Assembly (NCBI RefSeq): GCF_001194135.2
Contig: NC_068981.1
Span: 159,071,402 to 159,124,282, forward strand
From: Octopus bimaculoides
Lineage: Eukaryota
Length of the DNA: 52,881 nucleotides
Direction: 5' to 3'
Made by a program: the position numbers and the translations under genes. Shown here piece after piece: positions 25,220 through 38,070 of this stretch (position 1 is the first letter of the stretch; every line of letters begins with the position of its first letter). The notes under the pieces are model-generated. The model saw nothing but the letters and a program-made list of their open reading frames with translations, made no database searches and had not been told where the DNA came from.

Positions 25220-25857
25220 GTGATGACTTTTGAAAAAGTTCTGGATCACCTTCCAAGTGTTTTTCATTTCAAAACGTGCATTCAGTCGTGACCGCTTTTG
25301 ATCTTCCATGAGCAGACAAGACACAACTTTTGCTGCAACTCTATTCATTCGCAATCTCTCACTCAAAATTCGTTGGTAGGAACTCCAGGACACACCAGTC
25401 ATATCAACAAGTTCGTCAACTGTTTGGTCATGGTCCTGCAAGATCAGTTCATAAATTTTGTGATGTTGCCATTCATTTAGAAGGTCGACGGTTTCCCTGA
25501 CTGAGGTTGGTCTTCAACCAACAAATGACCATTCCTAAAGCATTGAAACCAGATATAAACTGGTGTTTTGTTCATGGCAGCTTCCTCGTAAGCTGTTAGA
25601 AGCATGACAACTGTTTCAGCCATCATTTTCCCCAGCAGAAAGCAGAATTTCATGGAAGCACACTTTTCCTTCATTTCAGCTATTGCAAAAATCGATAAAC
25701 AGGGGAGAATCACTGCAAAACAAACACACACTACATAGCAGTACGACTCCACTCACTGTTGAGGATCACATCAAGTGCCTTCTAGCAGTGGAAGCCTGAA
25801 CTACAATGGGCTTGTCCCACAGAGAACATAACCAGTTACTTTTGGGCACGTCCTCAT
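25220..25857 (-). mobile_element. mariner transposon remnant (transposase HTH region)
   Basis: KCASMKFCFLLGKMMAETVVML..YIWFQCFRNG..VEDQPQSGKPST and TVDELVDMTGVSWSSYQRIL..RVAAKVV; TIR-like gaggacgtgcccaaaagtaac near 25855. Confidence 0.88.
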
Positions 25858-26119
25858 ATCTACATACACATGAATTTCCATATAGTTCCCATGTGCCAAA
25901 TTCATTTACAAGGCAGTGATCAGCTCTGGATTATAGTAGCAGATACCTGCCCAAGGTGCCACACAGTGGGACTGAACCAGAAACCATGGGGTTGCAAAAC
26001 CAGCTTCTTAACCTCACCACCATAAATAAATTAACAAAGTAATATTAAAAATATCTTGTATGCTTTTATACCTGTGTTTAATTGTGTGTGCTGGTAAAAT
26101 ACATACGAAATTAGCTTAC

Positions 26120-26242
26120 CAAAATCTTATTTGGATTTTTCCCTGAAGTATGATGCGAAAATTAGACAGTTTGAAATTGGTTCCTTTACCAGGGACGAAA
26201 TTCACGGAAGGGTTGCCATATGAGAATTGTGTTAATTTCATC
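26120..26242 (-). CDS. LBP/BPI: LBP/BPI exon 3: MKLTQFSYGNPSVNFVPGKGTNFKLSNFRIILQGKIQIRF(W/C), phase 2 to 2
   Basis: Acceptor TTCTTTTAG|G; donor TG|GTAAGC; 123 bp; resembles the BPI segment ..[23 protein letters not shown].. Confidence 0.92.
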
Positions 26243-28053
26243 CTAAAAGAAATAAAAATATGCGCATATTTAACAATTACCTTGTCAAAGAGTAATTTCA
26301 GCCATTGAAGAACATACAAAAATATTATATTCACTTTCATTTATTTCTTTATAAGTATTGCTTATTGGCAATGTTGTTAGTTTAGCTTGTTTCTTTGAGT
26401 ATTTCTTCCATTGTGTTTCTTCCATATCTCTGTCTCTTCTCAGATTAACTTCACCTTTTATCCTTTAGAAGTACCACCCCAGTGCAGTGCAGTGCAGTGG
26501 CATTTGGTGGAACTGTTGGAGGGTTTGGCAAAATGTTTTGCACTATCTTTTCTGGCTCTTTGCTTTCTGATAGCAGTGCCTGTGATGACAATAGTGCCTG
26601 GCTGCATTGTTCCAAGTTGGCAGTCTCCCTGTTCAAAAGGCTTGTACATATACATGCAACTGTATGGACAAAGATATTTTGATGTTAATTATGGTGAGTT
26701 ACAGATCAGAGGAAAGATATTTCAATCCTGATCCCTCTTATCTTTCTACAGACATACATTTATCCCATGAGTCCTTCAGTTTTGTCTTTTAAAAACTCTT
26801 TTAATATCAACCTGACTAACATCAGCTTTACTAAAGTGTTAATATTTAAATTAAAATCTTGATAAAAAAATTCTCTTAATATGAATGACATTGAGAGATT
26901 TCAGGTCAATGTAGCAAAACTAACTAATTAATTCATTCATTCATTCATTAATATATACATACATACTTCACACACACATACATATGTACATATGTATGTA
27001 CATATGTATATATATAAATACATGCATATATACACATATACTTACATACATACATACACATACATACATACAAAGTTACAGATGTTTCCCTAAAACTTTC
27101 TAAAGTTTTGAAATATTGGCAAAAAATGGTTAAGACAGTAGGGTATAATTTGAGAAAAATTTCTAGCAAGTCAAGCATCTGTACAGATCATCCCCCTCTA
27201 AGTAGGTAATAAGTTATATGTAAATCTAGAGGGGTACCTACTTACAATAATGTTATTGTTACTACCACCACCGCCACCACCAGGTATAATTGAAGGTGAA
27301 AGAATTAGTGGGTCAAGAAGGAGGAGGTGATAAGTGGCAGTACAGAAAGGGTGAAGAGCAGTATCATTAAAGTGTAGATAGATAGATGTGGATAGAGAGA
27401 TGATGTGGAGGTGGGGGTGGTTTGGAAAAAGTGGAGTACTGGAAGAGAGAGAGAGGGGGGGTATTGTGATAGAGATAGTTGTCAGGGGTGTGTAAAGGTG
27501 GATACAGTGAGTGGCAAATGAAGGTGGTAGGGCAGTCAATGACAGATATAAGAGGGTGTTAAGAATGAGGTATGGTAGCCAAAAGATATAGTTAAGGGGA
27601 AAGGCAGATGTAAACAGTGCCATACAAAGGGTGATCAGTGGAAAATATAGTGGGAGGGATGGATGTTGAACAGAAGCAGTTTCAGGGAGAGAGATGAGGG
27701 ATAATTTAGTACAAAAGTGGGTGAAATATATATAGTCCTGCTCTCATATAATTGCAGCAGCTGAATAGTGTCATAATTAGAAGAGTGATGGAGGGAATGG
27801 TGTTAGGAAAATAAAGGTATGGGGGAAGGCTTGAGTAAGACAAAGTGAGAAGAAAGGCAGGTCCGAGTTGTGGATATAGACATAAAAATAATGTTTTTAG
27901 GACCTCACTTTTGTTGAGATTGGTAGGTCTTCTCAAACCCGGTGAACCACCAATTACAGGTATGAAAGAAGTGGATTGGAAAACGTTAGAATTGGCAAAG
28001 TTGGTTATTGGTGATATACAAGTAAATGCAGAAACATTTAAAGCTTATCTTAC

Positions 28054-28153
28054 CCATAAACATGATATTTGATCTGACCATCACTCCCACTTTGATCTGG
28101 GATATGTTTACTGAGGATAGTTTCCTTTGCTATCACCAAAGCAGCATTAGTTG
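28054..28153 (-). CDS. LBP/BPI: LBP/BPI exon 2: (A)TNAALVIAKETILSKHIPDQSGSDGQIKYHVY(G), phase 1 to 2
   Basis: Acceptor T-tract TTAG|CA; donor GG|GTAAGA; 100 bp; IPDQSG motif. Confidence 0.92.
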
Positions 28154-28329
28154 CTAAAAAAAAAAAAAAGAAAAATTAAAAATTGAAAACAAAACAAATG
28201 TAATACATACAATCGTGACCAAAAGTTTGGAACACTCTTTTTAAAATAAAAATTGTTATGCCCAAGTACATTATCATCATCATCATTGTTTAATGTCCGC
28301 TTTCCATACTGGAAAAGTAATGTTAAAAT

Positions 28330-29906
28330 GATGATGCCAATGGATGACTTTCAACAGCTCATTTAGTGGAACCCTTATATTATATATGTCTGGAATGTAG
28401 ACTTGATAATAGTTCACCAAACCTAAAAATGCTTGTAACATTGTAATGCTTGTTGGAGTAGGTATATTTTTTATTGGCTTGTCCTTGACGGATTTGGTTT
28501 GCGTCCATTTTCATCAATTACTTGTCCTAAGTATTTGACTTTTTTCAGCAAAAATTCACACTTTTTCTCTATTAATCTGAACCTGTATTCACTTCTTTTT
28601 CTAAATACTCTTTTAATATTCCAAAGTCTTGCTCCTGTGACTCACTCTTTATCAAAATATCATCCAGATAGGTAATAGTGAAATCTCAGTCACTCAGCAT
28701 TGCATCCACCACTTGCTGAAATATGGCAAGAGTCACTTTAACTCTGAAGAGAAGCCACTTAAATTTAAATAAACCACGGTTTTACTTGGAAACAATCCTT
28801 ACGTTCAATTTCCTGTGTCATGTTGTAATTTAAGTATACTTTCACATTCTTCAGACACTTTTTGCAGGGTTTCATCCTGGCTTTGCTCCAGCTTTGCAAG
28901 AAGGACTTCTGTGTCCTTTTTGGTAGATAGTCCCTGTGAAAAAAATCAGGCATTTGAACGTATCTGGAGTTAATTCTTGCATTCCCTGTTTACTCTGCCA
29001 GCATATGTGATGTAGTTCTCATTACTATTTTTCTCTATGTTCAGACACTTCCAGCATGTGTTGAACAAGGAGCTTTTTTTCACTGGAAATCTTACACAAT
29101 ATGTCTATTGTATCATCAAACTTTGTGTCAGATGTTTTTCTTGGAAGTACAAAATTACTGTATCGCTCATGTTCTGTGGTACCAGTTTTCTCAAGATTAA
29201 AAGAGTTTTCATCTCATCGTCCCAATCTTTACATACTTTCTTGAAGATTTGCTCATATCTTCTGTAGTATGCTTTGTCAGGTTCGTTGTCTGGCAAGAAC
29301 ACTTTTTCTAGCTTTCCTGATGCCTTCAGTAATTGCAGCATTTGTTGCTGTAATATTAATTGTTGTTGTTGCTCTTTCAACTGTTGTTGTTGCTGTTTTT
29401 GCAACTCAAGCAAACCAGCCAATAAATCCTCATAATTTTATGATTTTTCTTAAAATTTACGCAACAAAATCTTTGTGAGTTTGTTTATCCTTGTCGAGTT
29501 TATCAATTTCTCGTGAGTTGTTTAAATCCTCTTCGAGTTTCTGTTAATTCCACATGCATTGGTTTATCCTCATCACCACTGTTATAAAGCACTCTTTTCT
29601 CACTGTTGTATCTGTCTTTGTATGATGGTTGTTGCTCTGACTGATACTGTTATATCCCAAAGTCGTTGATAGAATGTTTCTATCTGGCACTGTATGGCCC
29701 CCAGTCATACAGTGTTATTATCCTCAAGGGGTTGGATCATTATAACGTTCACTCAGTATCACAGTATAATTACTATCTCAGCACACACACAACTATCAAC
29801 ACAGTCTATACGTATTGTCTTGATACTGGCTGATGTCACCTTGTAGTGACTGGTTAATTCCACTCGTCATATGGGAGCGGTGTACCATTATAACTAATTC
29901 TCCACA

Positions 29907-29909
<3 letters not shown>
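28330..29909 (-). mobile_element. Gypsy LTR retrotransposon remnant: 5' LTR, PBS, gag and internally deleted RT
   Basis: LTR TGTTGT..ATAACA (29909-29580); PBS TGGTGATGAGGAT (29578-29566); gag YRRYEQIF..KTLLILRKL; RT AIFQQVVDAML..TYLDDILI..KCEFLLKKVKYLGQ; stops present; no 3' LTR seen. Confidence 0.9.
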
Positions 29910-29937
<28 letters not shown>

Positions 29938-30099
29938 CAACACACACACACATACATACACCTATAACTAAAACAAATAATTAATAATATTTCTAAACTC
30001 TAAAGAGACTAAATAATTCATTATAAATAAATGGACAACGAGGTTGTTATTTGGGAACAATTCAAATTATCCTTAATTATAGAATAAATATGAATATGC

Positions 30100-30102
30100 A
30101 CA

Positions 30103-30192
<90 letters not shown>
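30100..30192. repeat. (CA)n microsatellite
   Basis: Direct reading. Confidence 0.97.
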
Positions 30193-30196
<4 letters not shown>

Positions 30197-30234
30197 TAAG
30201 CAACAGAGGTAAGATTAATAACAAGAGGATTAAT

Positions 30235-30540
30235 AACAGTGCCCCTGGACTGGCTCGTTGCCAGTGCCCCTGGACTGGCTCTTGTGCGGGTGGCACATAA
30301 AAGACACCATTTCGAGCGTGGCCGTTGCCAGTACCGCCTGACTGGCCTTCGTGCGGGTGACACGTAAAAGCACCCACTACACTCTCTGAGTGGTTGGCGT
30401 TAGGAAGGGCATCCAGCTGTAGAAACTCTGCCAAATTAGATTGGAGCCTGGTATTGCCATCCGGTTTCACCAGTCCTCAGTCAAATCGTCCAACCCATGC
30501 TAACATGGAAAGCGGACGTTAAACGATGATGATGATGATG
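30235..30540 (+). mobile_element. RTE LINE 3'-UTR fragment with (GAT)n tail
   Basis: Same tail as 40000-41025 (cacccactacactc..catccagctgtagaaac..ccaacccatgc..gatgatgat). Confidence 0.8.
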
Positions 30541-33169
30541 TATATGCATATATACTCACACTCATACATATGTACACATGTGAGTGACATAATTTGTTTA
30601 AACTATAGTACAAGGTTGGGCTCTGTGGTTAGAGTGTTGGGATCACAACCATGAGGTAGTGAGTTCAATTCTCGCATGGGGCTATGTGTTGCGCTCTTGA
30701 AACAAGACACTTTATTTCACGTTGCTCAGTTTACTCAGCCTTAGAAATGAGTTGTAACATCACTGGTGCCAAGCTGTATTGGCCTTTGCTTTTCCCTTGG
30801 GTAATATTGGTGGTGTGGAGAGGGGAGACTAGTATGCATGGGCAACTGCTAGTCTTCCATAAACAACCTTGCCCGGACTTGTGCCTCAGAGGGTATCTTT
30901 ATAGGTGCAATCCTATGATCATTCATGGCCAAAGGGAGTCCTTATCCTTTTTACTACCAATACAACATACTGAATTATGAATAAATAAACATATGGAGTA
31001 GTATCCATATAAGTATCCAGTATTGTTGCGAATTTAGGCCTCATAAAGTAGAGAAAAGCCTGACAAGTTATGAAATTGATGCATTTAATCTTTAACTCAG
31101 GCTGCTGCAAAAGTAGATCTTTTCTGTTTTGCTGCTACTTTTCGATTTCTTCAATTTTGTTCCAGCTGATTTCAAATTTGGTGTATTGATGTAGTTTTGT
31201 ATGCTAATTATTGACATAAATTCATTTTTGCCATAAATCAATAAATAAGCGGTTAATAGCTTTTAGAGTTTGCAAATTTTGGGTAATTTTAGCCAATCAA
31301 AAGCCACAGACATATAGGTGCCTGTTTACATTGTAACAAGCCAAGCATTGGAACTCTTGTTTACAAACTGATACTTTATGCTGTGTTTTCCTGCTTGTAC
31401 CCATTTGTTGTTGTTTTTGGATCTTTTACATTGCACTTTTGGTACTCACCTCTTGAATGTTTAAAACTACAAAATATGTGTTGTCTACTCATTTTTTCAC
31501 ATTAAATACATACTGAATGCTTAAAAGTACAAAATATGTGTTGTTTACTCATTTTGAGGGTCATTTTTTGCTTATCAAATGCTTTAAACATGTGCTATCA
31601 TTACAATGTTGACATTATTGTTTTGTCGTCTTACGAATTTAGTCACGTACAAAATGACAATTTCCAAATCTTGTTTTCTAACTGGGTAAAAAATTATCAA
31701 ACTTTAAACCTCTCTAACATTTTAAAAAATAATTTTCTGGAACCAGTGAATTAGGCCCTGAGATTCAGCATGATAAATTACATCAATATTCTAAATTTGA
31801 ATATTTTCACTTAATTTTAAAGTTTCAAAAGTGTAGCCAAATAGAGAAGATACACAAAAGCCCTAATGATGTTTAATTCCATAATGAGAAAGAGAATCTG
31901 ATAAGTAATAAAAAGGAAATTTGCCACACCAGACTGATTTTGCTACCATTCTGTGGTGTTCAAATAGTATTCTGTCCCTTTTTTACTAAATATACCCAAG
32001 TACAATCAGCAAGTGTAATATTTTGTTCATATGATGCTTAAACACAAAAAGAGAGAGTATCATCTTAATAAATAGTCAGTTTAACTCTTTTCCACAAACA
32101 TTTTAAACAGTACATAATTATGGCTTGGATAAATATAATAAATATATAAATAAGTAAATAAATAACATAATACGAAATGAAAATTTACAATGGATGCCTG
32201 TCATATCTTAATACTTGTTTTTAGGACAGTAAAACAAAATCTTGCCTGGAAGCAAGGTGAGTCAGAGCTGTGTAGGTTACCACAAACATTCAGGACTCTG
32301 ACAGGAGTTTCTTTGCAATAATTTAAAGGGATAATTGGCTGGGTCACATCAAAAAATGCAAAAAAAAAAAAAAAAAAAAAAGACAGAGGCCACAGAAAGG
32401 TTTTACATTATCTTGAGAACAATAGAAATAGCAAAGCAGCTGTTAACATCAACAATCACATTGTTTAAAGACAAAAAAGGTGCAGTGGGAAAGGAAGGTA
32501 CATATGGAAGACACACACACATGTGTGAATGTGTATTTCTGTATATGTGTATGTAGACCACACATACATTCTTTTATTCTCTAAGTTTCAGCCCTAAAGC
32601 CGTGGCCATGCTGGGGCACTGCCATATATATGATTAATTCACTTTCCATGCAAAATATATGATCAATTCATGTTTCATGTAAAATCACTTTCTTACTGCA
32701 GACTTATGTTTGTAACAGGTTTAATAGTATTTCTACCAAGGACCCTCAGATGACCATTTAGCCCTAATTTTCTTTGAAATTTTTGGTGACAAATGTAGCA
32801 CAAAGTTCAATCAAGAATCACATGATCTGTAACTTCATGAGATGCAGCATTTTCAGATCAGTCTTCAGCACTTCATCTTGTGTCCTTTTATTTTACTTCT
32901 GTAGTGTTGGTGCAATGAAAAACACACCCAGTATATTCCATAAAGTGTTGGGTGACAAGAAGAGCATCCAGCCAGAGAAATCAATCAGAGTATCAGTCTA
33001 TGTAAACAACAGCACCCAATAAGATTAGACTTAGACCATGGTAATGTGTTCAAGCTATGCCAACATAGAAAGTAGATGTAAAAACGTTGTTGATGATGAT
33101 GATGATGGTGATGATGTTGTATCTAGGGTGAGTCTTTATTATTAACACATGCCTGGTTCAATTCCACTC

Positions 33170-33320
33170 CTGCAACATTCAGCCGACACAATTTGAACAC
33201 TTTGCTCAGAACCGGCAAACCTGGTGCTCCCTCTGTGATGAAGGAGCTGCACACTTTGAGCTAATCCAATGTGAGAAACTTGAGGAAAAGCAACATCAAT
33301 GTCATCTCAGACTCTTCAAC
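33170..33320 (+). mobile_element. RTE LINE C-terminal remnant
   Basis: FEHFAQNRQTWCSLCDEGAAHFE resembles the RTE WExxAxDRxxWR..G..FE motif. Confidence 0.5.
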
Positions 33321-33465
33321 AAAATAATGGACCACTTCCCTTGTCATCTGTATTCAACAACATGCCATTCCAGGATCGGATTGTTTTCACATCTATCAAC
33401 TCAAAAAAATGTAGGATAAGGTTCCTAGAGGACATTATCATCATCAACACTGATGGACAGTTATA

Positions 33466-33712
33466 AGCAAAGTGTTAGTCAATTGGTTAAATACCCAATT
33501 AACTAACTGTTTGTTTGCTTAACTTGATTGAACAGTAAGACTTACTTTTTCTTTTGTCAAAGCTCTTTTGTGGCTATTTGCATTGAAAAGTTTGCAAATA
33601 GCAACAAAAGAGCTTTGACAAAAAAGAAAAAAGAAAAACGACTTATTGTTTAACCAAGTTAAACAAATGATTAGTTAGTTGGATATTTAAACAATTGACT
33701 AATAATAAAGCA
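33466..33712. mobile_element. Fold-back MITE-like element
   Basis: Long imperfect inverted arms (ttttgtcaaagctcttttgt..tatttgc / gcaaata..acaaaagagctttgacaaaa); a partial right arm recurs at about 17740-17853. Confidence 0.7.
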
Positions 33713-35521
33713 GTGGAATTGAACCAGTGCATGTGTTAATAATATTGGCACAATGACTATCTCTAAGCAACAAAATTTCTTTCAATACAGAAATTCACAT
33801 AAAGAATCTTGCAAACCAGATACAAAAACAATGGTGATGATTATATATATATATATATAAATATATATAAATATATATATACACATACATGCATACAAAC
33901 ATACTTACATACATACATACTAGAAAAGTGGAAAATCCATGAAATACCAATATATATTTTCACAAGATCTATTTGAGGTAAACAATAAGAGTCAAATTTT
34001 CCCCTTTTGTAGCAACCACCCTATACATACATACAAACATACATACATATGGACAAAGATACAAGAAAAAAAAGACATCTATTGACCATTAATAAGGAGT
34101 TTGCAATTCCAGTACTCAAGATATACATTCAGCTTCACGATACATACTGACCTGTAAGGAACCAAATATGGCTGAAGTTTGGTTCTAGGGGAGAGAACGT
34201 AAATCCTTAATCCATACACTACAAATGATCACCATTCCTGGGACAATAAAAATCTGCAAGACTTTTTTAAGATTTAAAGGATGGTGAACAAAACAAGATG
34301 CTTCCTTTCACAACCTTGCTACCAAGTAGGTGGCTGGTCATAATTTATTCTAAATTAAAAAGAGAAATGAACACACACACACACACACACAAGCATGCAT
34401 ACACGAACAAATGCACGCACACAGACATACATACACACATGCACACATACATATATACATACATACATACATACATGAGATAGCTGCAAGTTTATAGTAA
34501 TCGTGGCTTATATAATTTCTTTTGAAATTGTATTTTTTCTGAAATGTTTGATTCTTAAGATGGTGTAGCGTCCACATCCATACAGATAGTACTCAAGCTG
34601 CTGTCTTAGAAAAGAACACCTTTGAAAACTATATTCTTGTCACCACCACTAACCTGAAAGTTATAATCTGTTATTTTTATCTTTGCCTCAGGAAGGGAAA
34701 ACAGTTTAGAAAAGAATTAAATATAGTTGTCTATAAGAAAATTTTAGTTTGTGAAAAAAATAATGAAATTTTCTGCAGTATTTGTTCTGGAGACTTGTTT
34801 ATTGTTTGGGAAAATGATAAACTTATTGTAAACTGATTTTTCTTTAAACTAATAGTATATGGCATCACTTGTGTAGAGTTTTATCCACAGAATTAGAACC
34901 TTTGACCTCGATCTTGTAATATTATCAACTCTAAGGCAGTGAGCTAGCAGAATCATTAGCACATTGGATAAAATGTTTAAACTCACCATATCCAACCTCT
35001 CACACCCACCCTACAATGTTAGTCTAAAAAATATACAGTCACACAATCGAAATCTCAAAAGCTACAAGATAATGCTGGATAAATTCAAAACAATGTGGAT
35101 AAATAAGTGTTATATTTGATAGAATAATCTGAATTCTAAAGGGTTAAGAACATTTCTTCTGGCTCTTTACATTCTGTGTTCATATTCCACCAGGGATGAC
35201 TTTGTCTTTTATCTTTTTGGTACAGTTTGAGGGAAAGTGAGCTGTTATTTTCCAGCAGGTCAAGTGACTACATAAAGCTTTCTGCATGGGATTATTTTAT
35301 CAAGAAACTGTGCGATGGTAGCAGCATTGCTGCTGGATAGAAATGATGTTAGATTAAGGCCAACTGTTGCCTGAACCACACTACAACAATAGGAAGCCCC
35401 TTTGGCACTTCTATTGTCTTCTTGACAAGACATTAAGGTGTAAGTGTTGAATGTGAAATAATACACTGAAAATTCAATTTTCTTCCAGGTTTGGTCTCAC
35501 AACTATATTAAAAACAAGAGC

Positions 35522-36041
35522 ATTCAGAAAGCGCAAACCTCCGCCAAAGCAACACCAATGTCCTCTCAATGATTAACCAGAGATTATTTTTAAAATGAGA
35601 ATATCTGAAATAAACTCAACTGCTCTCACAAACAAGAATACTAAAAATGAACCTAGCTGTTCTCAAAGATTAAGTAAGAAAAGCGGAAAAATTATCCAGA
35701 ATCCTTGTCTAGTACCAGATCTATCCCAAAATCTAATCAGTTCATGCCAGTCACGAGGCCAAACAATACCTGAAAGTTTCATCCAAATCTATCCAGCCAT
35801 TACTCTCTTTTACTTGTTTCAATCATTTGACTGTGGCCATGCTGGAGCACTGCTTTTAGTCAAGCAAATTGATCCCAGGACTTATCCTTTGTAAGCCTAG
35901 TACTTATTCTATCGGTCTCTTTTGCCGAACCGCTAGGTTACGGGGACGTAAACACACCAGCATCGGTTGTCAAGCAATGTTGGGGGGGACAAAACAGACA
36001 CACAAACATACACACACACATACACACACACGCACACACAC

Positions 36042-36082
<41 letters not shown>

Positions 36083-36344
36083 TATATACATATATACGAC
36101 AGGCTTCTTTCAGCTTCCGCCTACCAAATCCACTCACAAGGCTTTGGTCGGCCTGAGGCTATAGCAGAAGACACTTGCCCAAGGTTCCATGCAGTGGGAC
36201 TGAACCCGGAACCATGTGGTTCGTAAGCAAGCTACTCACCATACAGCCACTCCTTCTTGAGATATCTTGTTCACGGACTAACAAGCAAACAAACACAACT
36301 GAAAACAATACCTCCGGCTTCGCTAAGGCAGAGGTAATTAGATA
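35522..36344 (-). mobile_element. Non-autonomous Helentron-like (HINE) element interrupted by a SINE
   Basis: Minus-strand 5' end ttacctctgccttagcgaagccggaggt and 3' end tttggcggaggtttgcgctttctgaatg with asymmetric sub-terminal ACCTCYGCC/GGCGGAGGT repeats; internal tttcatccaaatc motif. Confidence 0.65.
35805..36253 (-). mobile_element. tRNA-derived SINE, full length, nested in the HINE
   Basis: Colinear with the other full copies. Confidence 0.9.
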
Positions 36345-36988
36345 AAATCAGGAATTCAAGGAAATTGCATTTGATAGAAAATAGAATATAACTATTTGTG
36401 AAGAGGACTGAAATAATGAAAACAATACAAGACCCTAATCATTCTCGATCTGCCGCTTCTCTCCCTCATTTCTTGACGTTCACTAATTTTCTTGACTCAC
36501 AAATCTTTCTTTTCCTCTGATCTGGTACTTGCTTCTAATTTTTACCCCCTTATTGCTCCGCACCTCTTCCCACATAACTTACTTTTTATTGCTCTATTGA
36601 TCTCTCCTGCATTGTTCTGCTATTTTACTTTCACTTTAGCAACTGTACTGGCCGAATACAAATGTTTTTTTCCTCTTCAGAGAAGTATATGTATCTGAAA
36701 GGTAAGAGTTTTCACTCATCATAGCAAACCTTATAGTTTTGTATGAACCTTTACATACTAAAAATAAATTGCGTTATTTCCCCAATAAAGAACAAAAAAC
36801 AAACGATATTATAATTGTTTNNNNNNNNNNNNNNNNNNNNNNNNNNNNNNNNNNNNNNNNNNNNNNNNNNNNNNNNNNNNNNNNNNNNNNNNNNNNNNNN
36901 NNNNNNNNNNNNNNNNNNNNNNNNNNNNNNNNNNNNNNNNNNNNNNNNNNNNNNNNNNNNNNNNNNNNNNNNNNNNNNNNNNNNNNNN

Positions 36989-37000
36989 GAGAGAGGAGAG

Positions 37001-37047
<47 letters not shown>
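36989..37047. repeat. (GA)n microsatellite next to a gap
   Basis: Direct reading. Confidence 0.95.
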
Positions 37048-38018
37048 AAGAGTTCTTCTTAAAGAGAAAGGGCCATTTTATGTTCTTTTAAATTTGCTTT
37101 TACCTTATGTTGAGAGATCATTTTGCTGAGTGGAAAGAAGGGAAGAGCATATAATATTTCCCAATTTTCATATAACTCATTTATTACATATTCCAGTAGT
37201 TGTGGATATTGCTATTTCACCCTTGTTCTGGGCTATTGTAATTATTTAACACAAAATGCCATAAGAATTATCAGTAAATTATAACTTATAGATAGGGAAA
37301 CAGAAAAAAAATCCCTGCAAACCTTCAATATTTTTTAGTCCATTTGCACAATGATAAATCTAACACTAGTGCCCTAAGCATATACTTATTTTATTTAACA
37401 GTTAAACCAGCCCTGAACAGGATAGATTACTGTCTCTATAGATAACAACTTCACCTCATTTCATCTGTAGTTTCTTTAAGTAGGCATAAGACATGGTTTA
37501 TGAAATGGATTGAATTGCCTCTCATATTTTATTCACATTTTATTACTTCTGTTTGACAAAGACAATAGTTAAGGGTTTTAAAGTGAGAAAAGAGGGGTTA
37601 CAGCCTGGGTGTAATTAAGTATTTAATTTTGTTGTACTCTACTCTTTACATTATTGAAGTTGTTGTCATCACTATCATTGTTGTTGCCATTGTTCTCCTC
37701 CTCCTCCTCCTCATCATCATCATCCCCCACCACCACCATCACCGCCATCATCAATTATGGTCCATTTTTTCCATGTTGCCTGGGTCAGATTAAATTTGTT
37801 TAGATGGACTTTCAACGGCTGGATGTTCATTCCTGTCGCCACTTTTTACCCATTTTTAAAGGTTGGATGTCCATTCCGTTGCTAAGCTTCACCATTTCCA
37901 AGTAATATTTTCTCTTACCTACACAAGTTTTTCACAGAAGACTGGAAACAAACAACTGTGCTTGCACAATGATGATGCTCATTCACAACCATCATGTAAT
38001 GTTTGGACAAAGGCACAT

Positions 38019-38070
<52 letters not shown>

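Noticed and set aside
27198-27936. Pyrimidine-biased minus-strand ORFs (141 and 76 aa), and a similar region at 14.4-15.0 kb
   Set aside because: Possibly very old LINE endonuclease remnants, but the motifs are too decayed to call.
35150-35470. Exon-like or LINE-like peptide (..HPWWNMNTEC..)
   Set aside because: A single weak motif; it does not fit the BPI phases and is insufficient for a family call.
36691-36711. Plus-strand micro-exon-like pattern ttcag|..aaag|gtaaga, and a plus-strand donor near 13990
   Set aside because: Isolated, with no partner exons; expected by chance in AT-rich DNA.
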